Shown piece after piece: positions 24,570-37,320 of a DNA stretch of 63,906 nucleotides. Source of the stretch: Negaprion brevirostris (Eukaryota); contig JARDVH010000073.1 of assembly GCA_030324005.1 (NCBI GenBank), positions 50,407,144-50,471,049 on the forward strand, written 5' to 3'. The notes under the pieces were generated by a model. That model made no database searches. It was not told where the DNA came from and worked only from the letters and a program-made list of their open reading frames with translations. The position numbers were made by a program, and so were the translations under genes. The first letter of the stretch is position 1. Each line of letters begins with the position of its first letter.

Positions 24570-24740
24570 TTTCGGATTTCCAGCACCTGCAGCAAGAACN
24601 NNNNNNNNNNNNNACTGAGCAGGTTTGGTAGCATCTGTGAAGCAAGAAACAGTGTGAATGTTTCTGGTCAATGGTTTTTCATCTGAACGCATTCACATTC
24701 TGATCAAAAAGTCACAAACATGCAATATTAATTCTGCTTG
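24570..24740. mobile_element. Degraded copy of the palindromic repeat family of 10356-10590
   Basis: 'ttcggatttccagcacctgcag', 'actgagcaggtttggtagcatctgtgaagc.agaaacag.gt.aatgtttc'. Confidence 0.6.
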
Positions 24741-26929
24741 TGGAGTGAGAAATATTGTCTAAAATAAAGTCAGGTATTTCATTCAGGTCCTTCTGACATA
24801 CAGTATAAAATCTATCAGCCATTTACTGACCTCTAATTAACCTCTTCCTTTTTCCAAAAATATGCTTAACTGATAAAATTTATAAATGTACATTCTATGA
24901 CAACTCAAAGTTGAGACTACCTAAGTTGTGAACCAAATCAGTTTTTCCCATTATGTATATTACTCAAATACATTTACAATTAGTAGTTAATGCTTACAAT
25001 CTTCGGCACACGTCAGATATACAGTCTGATCGGGTTTACCTAGTTTCCAGCTCCTCAGAGTACCATGGCTGAAAGAACAGTATCATTATACCTCTGCAGC
25101 AGCTGATCCGAGCTTTTGTGCATCTCTCAGTACATTGTCCTGAACATTGGAACGCACCCATCTGCAACACTTGGTTTAGGACAACTCTTTTTGTGGGAAG
25201 AGCAGTGAGTTCCAGGCAGGCCGAAAAGCATCTTTCACTGAGATAACGGACCTCCGGTAGCAGATGTTTAATTTGAGTGTGTGGCCTTGGGAACATATAG
25301 CCTGAAGGTTGTTATCCATTTTCCATATCTCTATGTATGCACCAACATCCCATCAAGGATAACATGCAGCAGGGGTGGGTGAGATTCTGAGCACGCAAGG
25401 AAGATCTAATTGGGAGAACCCTTCTTACCACCAGCTAAGCTACATCTTGGTGCTTCTTTGAAGTTACCTCTAAAACTTACCATCAACAGCAAGTGCCTGG
25501 ATTTCCATAAGACAGCAACTTCGAAGAAACAGGCCAGGCTAACAGCTTAACATGACCCACAAGGCACTGAGAATACTACAAAATGACTAGATACAGGTGT
25601 GGCTCAAACAAAAATTAACCTACAAGTCTACAAAATTGACGAGTCTTGCTAGTCATTACTGCAACTAGTTTGGTAATTTTTGATGAAATATCACAGATAT
25701 TTTAAGGCAGTTCATTCAGCTGGAGAGTGTGGGTGTAAACTGTCTCAATCTCAGATAGGAAAGAGACTGAAATATGTTTCTTTGTAACTGTCCAGCAACA
25801 CTGGCAGAGGCTGAATGAGGTGACCATTCAGGCTGAGGAGATAAGACAGCCATGAGGCCATTAAGAGGCTTGTGATGGGTGAAAGCGTACATTTTAAACC
25901 ACTGGTGATGTTTGAGAGTTTAACTATGCAGAACATGGTGCAAATGTAACATTTGCTGGATGTTGATTATGATGTTTTATAGACAAGACACAGACTTAGC
26001 ACTTTATAAACTAAATGCTAAATTATTCATACACCAATCAGTGGGAACGTAACTTTTTATAGACCAATCAGTGCAGNNNNNNNNNNNNNNNNNNNNNNNN
26101 NNNNNNNNNNNNNNNNNNNNNNNNNNNNNNNNNNNNNNNNNNNNNNNNNNNNNNNNNNNNNNNNGGACCAGTCTGCACGTTAAACTCTTTTCAGGCAGGC
26201 AAGAGTCCTGTAAATCTTAACTTTAAATGTTATTTCTATTGTAAAATGAACTCGCAGCATCACCATCTATTCCCAGCTGTTTGATATGTGAAGCGCATCA
26301 TTCAAGCCAAATAGAATGAGACAGGTAGATGGATGGGTACATTCAACGTGCATAGTCCAAGGTTATAAAACATTCCCAGTGGCACAGATGGAAAACAGAC
26401 AAGTCATGCAACTGCCACACAATTCTCCAGCCAAGTGCAGGCTGTAGAGCAGGTCATTCAATGTGTTTGTTTGCTGTGCCTGTGTTTATTTTCAATTTCT
26501 TTCTTTGGTGTCTTGCTCTGCTGATTTCCATTATTTCTTTCTCATGTAAATAGTGCATTTTTTTTGTTGTTGCAGAATTGCATCAGGCACACTGTCGTGT
26601 TCTCAAGATCACAGGCGGATAGGGGAGGTCATATCACTGCACGGTGTATGCAGTTCATAAATCTTTTGCGGCAGCTGGGGAAAATGGAGAATGCAAGAGA
26701 GAGAGAGAAAGGGAAAGGCAAGATTATCCTTTTGATTTACTGATTGAGAGCAGGCACATTTTTGATTGGCAGGTCAGTACAGAAGTCTCAGAACAGTGTG
26801 TTTGCACAATGGGGCCACACTAGCTATTCAAAACAGACAAGAGATGTTTTGCTGGAGTTAGTGAGTTATGGAAGTTCTTTACCTCTCTCGCCCAACCCCA
26901 CTTTGTGAGATCTGATATTCTGTCTGCTC

Positions 26930-27115
26930 TACACTCCTCCACGCACAGTCCAAAGGTGTGCAGGTTAGGTTGATTGGCCGTGCTAAATTGCCCCTTAGTG
27001 TTAGAGAGATTAACAGGATAAAAATGTGGGTTTATGGAAATAGGGCCTGGGTGGGATTGTGGTCGGTGCAGACTCGATGGGTCAAATGGCTCTTCTGCAC
27101 TGTAGGGTTTCTATG
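26930..27115 (+). mobile_element. HE1-like V-SINE, 5'-truncated
   Basis: 'cacagtccaaaggtgtgcaggttaggttgattggccgtgctaaattgccccttagtg..gggattgtggtcggtgcagactcgatggg..gcactgtaggg'. Confidence 0.9.
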
Positions 27116-27754
27116 AAAATAGAAACTAGTATACACTGGTACAGGTGAGAGTAATATTTTTGTGTCTTTTTCTTCAGTCAGTTCTCAGCACTCCTGAAAG
27201 CATTAGTATGACCAACTTCAGCACCAATTTCATCTCATTAAACTGGGGAGAACTGCAGACGTGGATGTTGGGCATTATACTTTCAACGTCACCTACTACG
27301 ATGGTTTGCCTATTGGGTCTATAATGATAAATACCCTCTCTTAGAATCTTCAGCAGAAGAGACTGAAATATTTTGCCTATATCAGGGAGCCCTGCAGGCC
27401 ATGTGTAATGTGTAAACTGCACATTCCCAATAATTTGCATGAATCGCAAGTTGTTGATATGAGCAGACCTTGGTGTTCTGATATAGTTTTTATCCCAAGA
27501 ACGAAGTTTCAAGAACAGCCACTTCCAAATCTGAAGGTTAGCTGTGTTTCGGCAAACCAAACAAGGAATCAGTCTTCAAGGCTGGATTCTGGGATTCATG
27601 GTATTAGATTTAATAGATTGAATTTTGAGTTTGGGTCACAGGTTTCAGAAGGAAACGTTTGAAAATGTCCTTTAGCATTATGCTCTACTAACTATTGCTG
27701 CAAAGGCCATTATTCATTGCTTAACCTTAGTAGCACTCAAGAAGATGGTGGCCA

Positions 27755-27945
27755 AAATTTATCCAGCATCACTAAGACAGATCATCAAGTCGTCATCACA
27801 TTGTTGTTTGTACTGTGTACAAAATAGTTGCTGCATTTCATTCATTACAAACGTGATGGCATTTCTGAAGTGTTTCATTGGCGGAGAAGCACTTTAGGAA
27901 GCCCAGGGTCGTGAACAATGCTGTGTAAATGCGTGTCCTTTCTTT
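27755..27945 (+). mobile_element. Deu-domain SINE fragment
   Basis: 'catcactaagacagat..catcacattgttgtttgt..ttcattggc..gcacttt..gtcgtgaa..taaatgcgtgtcctttcttt'. Confidence 0.7.
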
Positions 27946-28089
27946 AATTATGGTTAAACATTCATCTTCAGGAGGTAGGCCATCAGAATAAAACCTCTCA
28001 TGCAGGAGAAAAGTGGTGCCCTGAGTGAGGTGTGTGACAGATAATTGGAATTAGGGTAGAGAATAAACAAGGGACTAGACAGTAAGTGA

Positions 28090-29330
28090 GAGATAGGTTA
28101 AATGTGATTAAAACCAAAGGGGCAAGTACAAAATTAGCTCAAGACATGAAAAAAGAATAGTAGCCATGATAGTTCCAGACTGGAAAATTTTATAGAGTGG
28201 TGCACTCCAGGGTTTGTAGTAAGAGCACTGACATGTATTAACATTGACTTGGCTATACAGGACTTAATTTCAAGGTTTGTATATGGCATAAAACTTAAAA
28301 ATTTATATAATGGGGATATAGACACACAGGGAACGGGCAGACACATGGCAAATGAAGGTTAATGCAGAAGAGTGTGAAGTGATACATTCTGGTCAGAAGA
28401 ATGAAGAAAAGGCATCATAAAATCTTTGGAATCTTATATTTTTAAGGCTGAGGTAGAGGGTAGGTGGAATGTGGAGTTGAGGCCACAATTAGATCAGCTA
28501 TGATCTTACTGAATGGCAGAGCAAGTCCGAGAGGCCAAATGGCTTATTTCTGCTCCTAATTTGTTTGTTGGTAAAATGAATGGCATGCGTTTAAAGGGGT
28601 TGCAGGAACAAAGAGACTTGTATGTAAATTTTCAAAGATGGCAGGGCAAATTGAGAAAGTTGTTAACACAATATTTGGGGTCCTTGGCTTTATTAATAGA
28701 GATATATTGTTTAAAAAGTTATGCTAAACATTTCTAAAATACTGGTTAGGCCTCTGTTCAATTTTATGTACTACACTTGGAAGAATGTTAGCATCTTGCA
28801 GAGGGCACTAAATGACACCAGAGATGAGGGAATTCAGGAATACTGGAAAATTTGGGATTCTCCTTGTGGAAGAAATGGTTAATAGATTTAACAGAATTGT
28901 TCAAAATCATGAAGCGTTTTCAAAGTTCCTCCTTATTTACTCTGCTTCCAGTGACAGATGGATTAAGTAGCAGAGGACATAATTTAAAGGCGATACACAA
29001 ATAAACCAGAGACGAGTAGGAAGTATTTTGCATTGAGGATTGTGATTGGGAAGGCTCTTCCTGAAAGAATGGAAGCAGATTCAATAGAAAACTTCAAAAA
29101 GGAATTGAATAAATGCTTGAAGGGAAAAAATTGTAGAAATACAGGACAAATTGAACGTTATGATCAGCTACAACCGTAATTAATGGCAGAGCAGGCTCGA
29201 AGGACCAAATAGCCTACTCCTGCTTCTAGTTTCTATGCGAATAGCAAAGGAGTGGGACTAATTGGATGCTCTTTCAAAGAATCAGTACAGGCATTATGCA
29301 CAAAATGGCCTCTTTTTATACTGTACCATT
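28090..29330 (+). mobile_element. Old CR1 LINE RT/3' remnants (composite)
   Basis: 'gggcagacacatggcaaatgaaggttaatgcagaagagtgtgaagtgatacattctgg' (ADTWQMKVNAEECEVIHSG), 'agaggacataatttaaagg', and CR1 3'UTR pieces 'aatggcagagcaggctcgaaggaccaaatagcctactcctgct'. Confidence 0.75.
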
Positions 29331-30129
29331 CCCTAACTTTATAAATCTTACTGATTTGATGATAGATAATATCCAACTTAATCGCATCCCAAGTAGCAAT
29401 TGCTCAATCATCCACAGTACAGTGCAAAGCAAGCAAGGTGAGGTGCTGCCACCAAAGAGATGTAATTTGTCTCCCAGCTTACACTACAGCAACATCTCCA
29501 ACTGCAATGCGTTTACATGCAGCCAGCTACAGCCACCCACGCTTCTGCTTGTGAAGGAGTGAATGCTGAAGAAATCATGCCTCCCAAAGACAGTCCACTG
29601 CAGTATGAGATACTTCACTTCAGCCATCCTGAGAGGGTGATGACATTTAGAGGAGCAGAAACATTAAAACCTCCTTAAGCTTGCAGGAGCACAGTTACTA
29701 CAACACATGCACAACGTGCAGCAATACAACAACTNNNNNNNNNNATTTGAGACTGGATCCCTGAAGTGGGAACTGCTACTTGTTCCAATACTAATGTTTC
29801 TCACCTTGAGAAGCAGATACTATCAAATTAAGTAATTTGGTCTGGGAGTGGGGCGAAATAAGACGCAAAGTAACCTACTTTCCCACAATCTGATAAAAAA
29901 AAATTTAAAAAATGTTAAGAGGTTCCACATTTGAACTGACTGAAGATTTAACCTCCAAATTGCATTTCAATCAATCCAAAATAATGTGCTTTAAGAACTC
30001 CCCATAATAGCTGGACATGGTACCACATGATCAAATTCTTCACTGAAGAATCCTTTACTTCAGCACAAAGTATAGTCACACTTTAGCAGCCAACTTCCCT
30101 GAGTATCTCCAATGGTTGACTATAACATG

Positions 30130-30650
30130 GAGCAATCACACAATATTGAATATGACCAGTGGTCTTATTATGCTTATGCTGTCTCTTTCAAAGAGCTATC
30201 CAATTAATCCCATTCCCTTTCCCTCTGCCCAAAAGCCATACTAGTGTTATATTTTCAAGTACATCCAATTCCCTTTTGAAAGGTGCCATTGAATTTAGCT
30301 TCAATCACCCTTTCAGGGAATTACATTTTGGACCATACTAGCCACACACTGAAAAAAACTTCCTCTTCTTTTGTCAAATTACTTAATTCTGCATCCTTTA
30401 TCAAAACTCTTCATCATTTTGAATGCCTCTATTAAACCTATCCTTAGCCTTCCCTGCTCCAAGCGTAAGCATTCCAGCTTCTCTCATATTTCCACATGAC
30501 TGAAGACCCCGTGCTCAGTACCATTCCAGTACATCACTTTCCTATCCTCTCCAGAGTCTTGGTATCCTCCAAAAGATCATGTATCCAAAAATTGGACAAA
30601 ATACTCCAGCTGAAGCCAACTCAAAAAGGTTTAGCCTAGCTTCCTTGCTT
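30130..30650 (-). mobile_element. Old CR1 LINE 3' fragment
   Basis: 'ctctttcaaagagctatccaatt..tccaattcccttttgaaag..ccttagccttccctgctccaag..aattggacaaaatactccagctga'. Confidence 0.7.
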
Positions 30651-31954
30651 CAACGTGAATTATGCTGGACACTGAGGTTGCCAAAAATGGCACCGTCAGC
30701 ACAGCCTGAAGAAAGTCCACACAAGTTTACCTCACAACACCCTGCTGAAAATCATAGAGCTTTGCTTCTTTCTTCGAGCAGAATAAATAAATTTGCCTGT
30801 TTGCAAACACTGGGACCAAGTGTCAATCATACTGACACCTGGACCACAACATCAGGCTGAAACAGCCATTCATCTACATCATAGATAGATAAACTCAGAT
30901 GCTTGAATGATTGGCAGATGGGCTTTTACTAACAATTATGCAGGTTTTAATCGCTGCTCCTCCCACTTAATTAAAAATATAAAGTACATTTTGACAGAGG
31001 GAAAACTGCACATTTGACTTTCACCCTCATGACAGCAATTTAAAAATCAGATCTAAAAGTGCTTGCCAACTAACTTGGTGTGCATGACAAATGTATTTTT
31101 TCAACATCAGGTTACTTTTTGCCTTGCTAATTATGATAGAACTGGAAAGCAATACTGCAAAATTATGGACAAAAAAGGGAAGGGAAAGTGAGAGGGGTTA
31201 GGTTTCCCCCTAACTCCCACATGTAGATTTTTTTGGCAAGTAATGCACTTGCTAAAATCTGATCATTCAAAAGAGAACCATTTTTGATTTTGATGGACAT
31301 GTTTGTGACAGTAACCTTTCCTTAATTGCCTCCTGCACGGTTGAGAATGCCACAACGTCTTATTTACACAAAGCCCCACAAACTTCCGTCCTTTCCAAGC
31401 TCCACTGACTTCCTGTATCCCAGTGCATCAATTTTAGGGAATCCTGTTTGGCCTTTCAAAATCATCCCTGGTCGTCTTCCCCTCGCCCCACACCTTACTG
31501 AGCAATCTTCTCTAATCCCTTGTCTAGCCTTGGTGCCCCACTCCTTCAAAGCGAGATCATTGGGCTACCTTTGTTTCCTCATCCATGGTCAACCTTTCAG
31601 TTAAGATGTTTGTGGGGCTTTACTATTTCTCTTTACTTCACCAATCTATTCCCAACACATCGATTTCTCTATTAACCCTCCTGCCACCACCCCCCCGCCC
31701 CCCCCGACTTTTCATTATTTCTTCAAAATCTTTCTGTAAAGTCTTCAGACAGTATTTCTCATTAGTAGAACTCCGTATTAATGCAAATAGTTCGCAATAG
31801 CCATTGAGTGTCAGGGATTCTTTCGAGATCTATTTGTTAATTCAAACAGACACTATTACTGTGGAGGCTATGCACATCGAAGTTGCTTTTTTCTATATTT
31901 TTGAATGGTGTCATTTCAGGGGAGTCACCCCTGAAATCTTGAAGAATGACCATA

Positions 31955-32400
31955 AACAACAACTTGCATTTATCTAGCATTTTTAATATATTAAACTATC
32001 ACAAGGGATTCCACAAGAGCATTATTAGACAAAGTTTGACACCAAGCCACATCAGTAGATGTTAGAATAGGTACGGTTTAAGGAGTGTCTAAAAATTGGA
32101 AGAGCTTTGGGGATGAAACTGCAGAGCTTTTAGTCCAGATGACTGAAGTCACAATCAGGGACACACCGGAGGCCACACTTGGAGAAATGAATAGTCTTCT
32201 GAGGTTTACAGGGATGGAGTGTATTACAGAGGTGGGAGGGGCAATCACATGGTATAGACAATTGTGACTAGAACACAGTGGCAGTGTTAGATCTCGATTC
32301 AATGTAGGTTTTGTTAAGCACCGATGGTAAAAGGTAAATGAGGATTGTGAGTTATGATACAGGGAGCAGTGCTCCAGATAAACTGAAGTTGATAGAGAAA
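31955..32400 (-). mobile_element. L2 LINE 3' end
   Basis: 'acaacaacttgcatttatctagca..tttgacaccaagccaca..ggtttaaggagtgtctaaa', the reverse of the L2 tail at 51265-51535. Confidence 0.65.
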
Positions 32401-32559
32401 AGTAAAAGTTTGTTTTTTTGGTCATTGCCTTTCTTTTGAAAAGGTTCAACGCGTGTATAAACATATTCACCCAAGCTGAATCAATTCCATTTCACACATC
32501 TTTAGTTGACACTCTTGTTAACATAAAAATGCCCCACCTCATTCTCCTGTGTGTTCCAA

Positions 32560-33287
32560 GTCTCATTCCAGATATTTGAACGTAAAATCTTGACTGAGGC
32601 GACAGTGCAGTATGGAGGAAATGCTGTGTATGTGAAGGTGCTGTTTTTCAGGTGAACGGTTAAAGCCCAATCCCATCTCCCCTCATAGATTCCAGCGAAG
32701 GATCTCATTGCACTATTTGCAAAGGAATGGGGGATTATTCCTAGTGCCCTGACCAACACCTCAGCAAACATCACTAAAAAAGGTTATCTGCTTAATAAAA
32801 CATTGCTGTTAGTGGGATCTTGTCATATACAAATGCAACAGTCAATTTGTACATGACAACAGTTGACTACACTTTTTTTCCTTAATTCATGAGATGTGGG
32901 CATTATTGGCAAAGTCAGTATTTATTGCATATCCCTAATTATCCGTAAATTGCCGATTTCAGAGGCATTTAAGAATCACATTGCTGTGGGTCTAGAGTAA
33001 GAATAAGGACCAAGTAAGGATTGCAGATTTCCTTCCCTAAGGGACTTCAGTTTTTACAATAATTGTTTCATCTTCATCATTAGACTTTAAGTTCCATATT
33101 TTAATTGAATTCAAATTTCACCATCTACCATGGTAAAGCAGGACCCTGGGTCTCTGGATTACTAGTCCAGCGACACTATCACCAGGCCACTGCCCAGTTC
33201 TCACTTTCTAATTTCATCACATGGAAAGGGTTTTTGAATATGCTGTGGCAATGAAAGGTGCTACAGAAATGCAAGTCTTTCTTTCTA
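32560..33287 (+). mobile_element. Deu-domain SINE split by a SINE insertion
   Basis: Body 32560-32875 ('gatctcattgcactattt..gtgccctgaccaac..catcactaaaa..cagttgactacact'); tail resumes at ~33200 ('atgaaaggtgctacagaaatgcaagtctttcttt'). Confidence 0.75.
32885..33196 (-). mobile_element. tRNA-derived SINE (family of 17925-18280)
   Basis: 'attcatgagatgtgggcat..cagtatttattgcatatccctaatt..ctgggtctctggattactagtccagcgacactatcacc'. Confidence 0.8.
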
Positions 33288-34169
33288 CCCTCTGTTTTTA
33301 GACTGGGCAAATGTGCAGCAGGGAAAAGCACAAAAAAGGAGGTAAGGAATCAGGTCTCATTCCCACATGGCTGGCTAGCTCAACACTGGCACCTGCTAGT
33401 AAATTCACTGTGCATCAAATGGGGGATCGTGTGCGTTGGAAGGAAGAAGTTGGTAAGAAAGAGGCATACCCCAAAATAAACTGGGATATTTAAATAAAAA
33501 CACATGATTTAAATCCAAAACTGCAGTTTGGCAAGGAATCCATGCTTCCAGCAGCAGGAGAAAATGTTGCACAAAGTGGAAAGGGGAAAAACAGCTTAAT
33601 TTTAACAGGCATTGTGCTGTTACAATGACACAAATGCACCAATCACTCATAAGGGACCATGTAAACACATTGTGGTTCATTTATTTAGATTAAGTACGTG
33701 GGAATATTTATACATATGTAGAAAGCTGAAGACATCAGCAGTAGAGCTGTATGTGCTGTGTTCTGCTCATGGGCCAAAGTGAAATTGAGAGTGGACCACA
33801 CAACACACCTCCCTTTGAACGTCATAATGCTATTCCTTAAAGGTAAATTACCAACAGGTTGAGTTGCAACCACTTTCAGTTTAAATGGACATGGTGATCA
33901 CTGTGACAGAAGGAGCTTCCCTCAATTCCCTCCTCACACAAAACCTTGCTCTCAGATCACTGAGAATTTGGGGACAACAAACACAAAATAACCCAACCAG
34001 AAAGGGAGATGGCCAATCTTACTTTCTAATAATCTTTAGTAATGATCATTACAATGAAAGGCACAATGTAATCAGGAGGAATTTCTCACACCACTGCCAA
34101 GTTGCACCCGGCTCTTGACTTAGATTTCCTCTACCCTTTGGTTTTGTCTGCACATTGGAGAAATTGGGA

Positions 34170-34745
34170 CCTTTTTAGGAGAAAAAGCAGCTAGGAGGAG
34201 ATTTCATAGAAGAATGCAAAATCATGAAGAATCTAGACACAATAGACAGGGAGAAACTGTTGCCACTTGTGAAACGATTGAAAACAAGGGGGCACAGATT
34301 TAAAGTAATTGGCAAAAGAAGCAAAAAAGTGATAGAAGACAAAACATTTTCACGTAGCATGTGGTTAAGGTCTGGAATACACTGCCTGAGTGCATGTGAT
34401 AAAGGCAGGTTTCGGCTCTTCCAAAAGGAAATGATGATGTGGAGATGTAGGCGTTGGATTGGGGTGGACACAGTAATAGCACTCACAATATCAGATTAAA
34501 AGTCCAACAGGTTTATTTGGAATCACGAGCTTTTGGAGCGCAGCTCCTTCACCAATGAACCTGTTGGACTGTAACCTGGTTTGTGAGACTTCTTAAAAGG
34601 AAACGAGACTGCTATTTGAAAAGGAAAAATGTGCAGGGTTAACGCGAGAAGGGAGGGAGGGGGAACGGCACTGGGCGAATTGTTCATTCGTAGGGGCTGG
34701 CGCATTCACCATGGGATGAATGACCGCCTTTTCCGAGCTGTACCA
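34170..34745 (+). mobile_element. CR1 LINE 3' end, interrupted at ~34434-34595
   Basis: ORF KIMKNLDTIDREKLLPLVKRLKTRGHRFKVIGKRSK is the CR1 ORF2 C-terminal motif (TRGH). Confidence 0.85.
34434..34595. mobile_element. Palindromic Penelope-like insertion
   Basis: 'gatgtggagatg..ggcgttggattgggg..aaagtccaacaggtttatttgg' with inverted 'aacctgttggactgtaacctgg'. Confidence 0.7.
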
Positions 34746-35684
34746 ATGCTGCGATTGCACAAACGGCTGCAAGCCTGGCAGTAACGGAGCGGATCCCTTT
34801 AAAGCCCTTTAACTAGTGCCGCTTGCTGGCTAGGGGGCGGACGGGAGGTTGGCACCGGACCACTCGATTAAACACACGTTCTTTGTCAGAGGCACTAAAC
34901 AACAGTGCATAATCGCGGCGGCTGAAACACAGGCTGCCGCGGGGGGCAGAGCTAGTGTCACAAGTCGGATAGCTGCAAAGCCTTGATATCATATCTGGCC
35001 CTTCCTTACAACAATAGAGCTCGGTGGGCAGAAAGCACAGAGAGAGAGAAGCTGTGAGCCGAGTCAAATTACTGTACAGAGAGTTAATGCTCCTGGCTCC
35101 CAGATATTAATAGTTACCATAAAATACAGAGAGAGGGTGTCCCCACTTCACCTGAGCAAACGCATGTTTACGCAGGTGCTGACATTGACAGTACAGCGGC
35201 GATTTCACTTCAGAAACGTGACACTCCAAACATTAACTCCTTTCTCTATCCATGAGAGAGTCTGAGCTGCTCAGGTATTACAACACTTTCACATCCTTTA
35301 TTATTTTGCTGCCTTGTATTATTACCACGCAGCTCCGATCCACTGCATCTCTATAATTAATAAAATAATTAATAGCCACATGCATCCCGCATAAGTAATG
35401 CAAAGTGCCGTCTTATTTATGATACCGATAAATATCAAACCCGCTCACACTTCTGGCACATTCAGATAATGCTGGAGAAATGCAGCGCGTCTGACCAGCT
35501 TGGACTTCTGAACATTTACACCGCACTTTTCCCTCCAATTTCACTTTAGCGACTGATCTTTTCCCGAAACCCTTCCAAGACCGGGACAAAGAGAGTTTTC
35601 TTGCTTTTCACTAATGCGTGGAAATTATTTGATAAAACGGTTAATGAAGCTTTGATCACCACCACACACACAGGTCCCACTCAC

Positions 35685-35818
35685 AAGGCATAAAATGGGG
35701 AGGACAGAAAGGCGGCAGGCGGCACTGTTGTGCGGAAGAGCCAAGGGCTAAGACACATGCAGCAGGTAGCGGAGAAGTCACCCCCCGCCAATCCCCTCAT
35801 CTCTCCATCATCACTGAC
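35685..35818 (-). other. Candidate exon (134 nt) in a CpG-rich region
   Basis: gttgtag|GTCAGTGATG...ATGCCTT|gtgagt; one open frame VSDDGEMRGLAGGDFSATCCMCLSPWLFRTTVPPAAFLSSPFYA, phase-compatible with the exon at 26674. Confidence 0.35.
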
Positions 35819-36969
35819 CTACAACCGAGCACAGCAATCCCACGGTGAGCAGCAGAGTGAGCTGCTTCTCCGCTAGATGGTCTTAGCTGGACATCAGCAC
35901 TCATTACATTGCAGACCTTTGATTAACACCGAGACAAAAGTAGCCCACTACTTCATGAAGGGCAACTTAGCAGGTGTTTTAAACAAAGCAACTTCAATGC
36001 TTCTTAAAGAAACTGAACTCTCCATATTTTGGACGAGAGCCCTCTGTATCTGCAGTGTGAGTAAAATGCAACATCCTGAAGGGTTTATTTGCCTAGAATT
36101 AGGAAATAATGCAATATTTTAAGTTCTCTATCTTACAATCTTCAAAATGCGTGTCTCCCAATTATGTCTCTCGCTGGGATTCTATACGATTTCTTAAATG
36201 GGATATCCAGTGGTATTTCTATTAGCAACTGGTGAATGGAACTTTTAAGACACGCTTCCGTTTCGTTTGCTTGCATTCAGTGGTCAGTTTTTAAAAAATC
36301 CATTACAGATAAGCCTGTCTTATGATTACTTAAAAGCTGCAACATAGGATGCACCGAGCCAATAGGAAGGCAACTCACTTCATTCCTGTTAGAAAATAAG
36401 ACATTATGTTAAGGGGGCTGTGGTGTATCTCAGTCCAAGTAAACACTTTCATTGGAAATATTAGTCATTCAAGTCATTTTCTCCATCACTTTTTGTTGAA
36501 TAGCAACTTTTCTGGATCGCATTATCCCATTGGTAGTCACCGCCATTTGTGGAAATCTAGTTAAATTCGGAATAAGCTAGATTTGAACGAGGCAGCTTAA
36601 TATTGGAGCTGAGGTAAGAATGCATCGTCTCTTTAGAAGCAGAGGGAGTTTCAGGGACTATTCAATGATAACCTGTTAGGCGCTTGAGTCAGCGAGGCTA
36701 GGCGGTCAGCACCTCTGCTTCATACTTGCAGCATTTCTCGTATTGCCACCCCCCCACCCACAACAACTTACGTTTATATAGCGCCCTTTAAGCGTAACAC
36801 AACGCAACGAGGCGCAGAGTGATCATTCGCCGAATCTGCCCCCGTTAAGATCCCCATACATCGAAGTCAGGGCTAGCGTGCCAAAATGTTGCCTCTAAAT
36901 TGCCCACTGGCTGAACCTGATTGATTCTGAAGCTCAGCCTAAATGTAAAGCTAAATGCTGCTGTGGCAT

Positions 36970-37320
36970 GGCGTGTTACAGCACAGGTACAGGCCATTCA
37001 GCCCAACAGGTCTGTACTAGTGCTTATGATTCACGCCGGCCTCCTGCCTTGTTTCATCCAACCCATCATCTCTATCGCATGTGTACCCGTCCACATTCCC
37101 ATGAAATGGATCTGTTATTCGGCTCAACCGCCGCGTGTGATGCCGAGTTCTAGCTACCACTCTAGGTGAAGAAGTTTCTCCTGAACTCCTTATTAGTGGC
37201 TCTCATTATACTTCCCAGTTTCGAATTCCCTTATCTACCCTCTCAGTCCCCCTTCCCAATTTTAAAGATCAGGTCCCTGACCCTAGCCTGATCAGTCTTC
37301 CCTGATGGTTTAAACTTGGT
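36970..37320 (-). mobile_element. Old CR1-type 3' fragment
   Basis: 'acagcacagg.acaggccattcagcccaac..ggcctcct..accactct.ggtgaagaagtttctcctgaa'. Confidence 0.55.

Larger units (their letters stand above)
21940..26674 (-). other. Candidate terminal exon of an unidentified gene: short coding end plus ~4.7 kb 3'UTR
   Basis: Strong acceptor 'ctttctctctctctcttgcattctccattttccccag|CTGCCGC' at 26675-26676. Frames read LPQKIYELHTPCSDMTSPIRL*, xAAKDL* or xCRKRFMNCIHRAVI* (stop 26629-26631). Downstream DNA is UTR-like and nearly transposon-free; a proximal AATAAA lies at 26485-26490. Confidence 0.5.

Noticed and set aside
31914-31938. 10-bp stem hairpin (atttcagggg/cccctgaaat)
   Set aside because: Too short to be significant in 64 kb; intrinsic terminators do not apply in this context.
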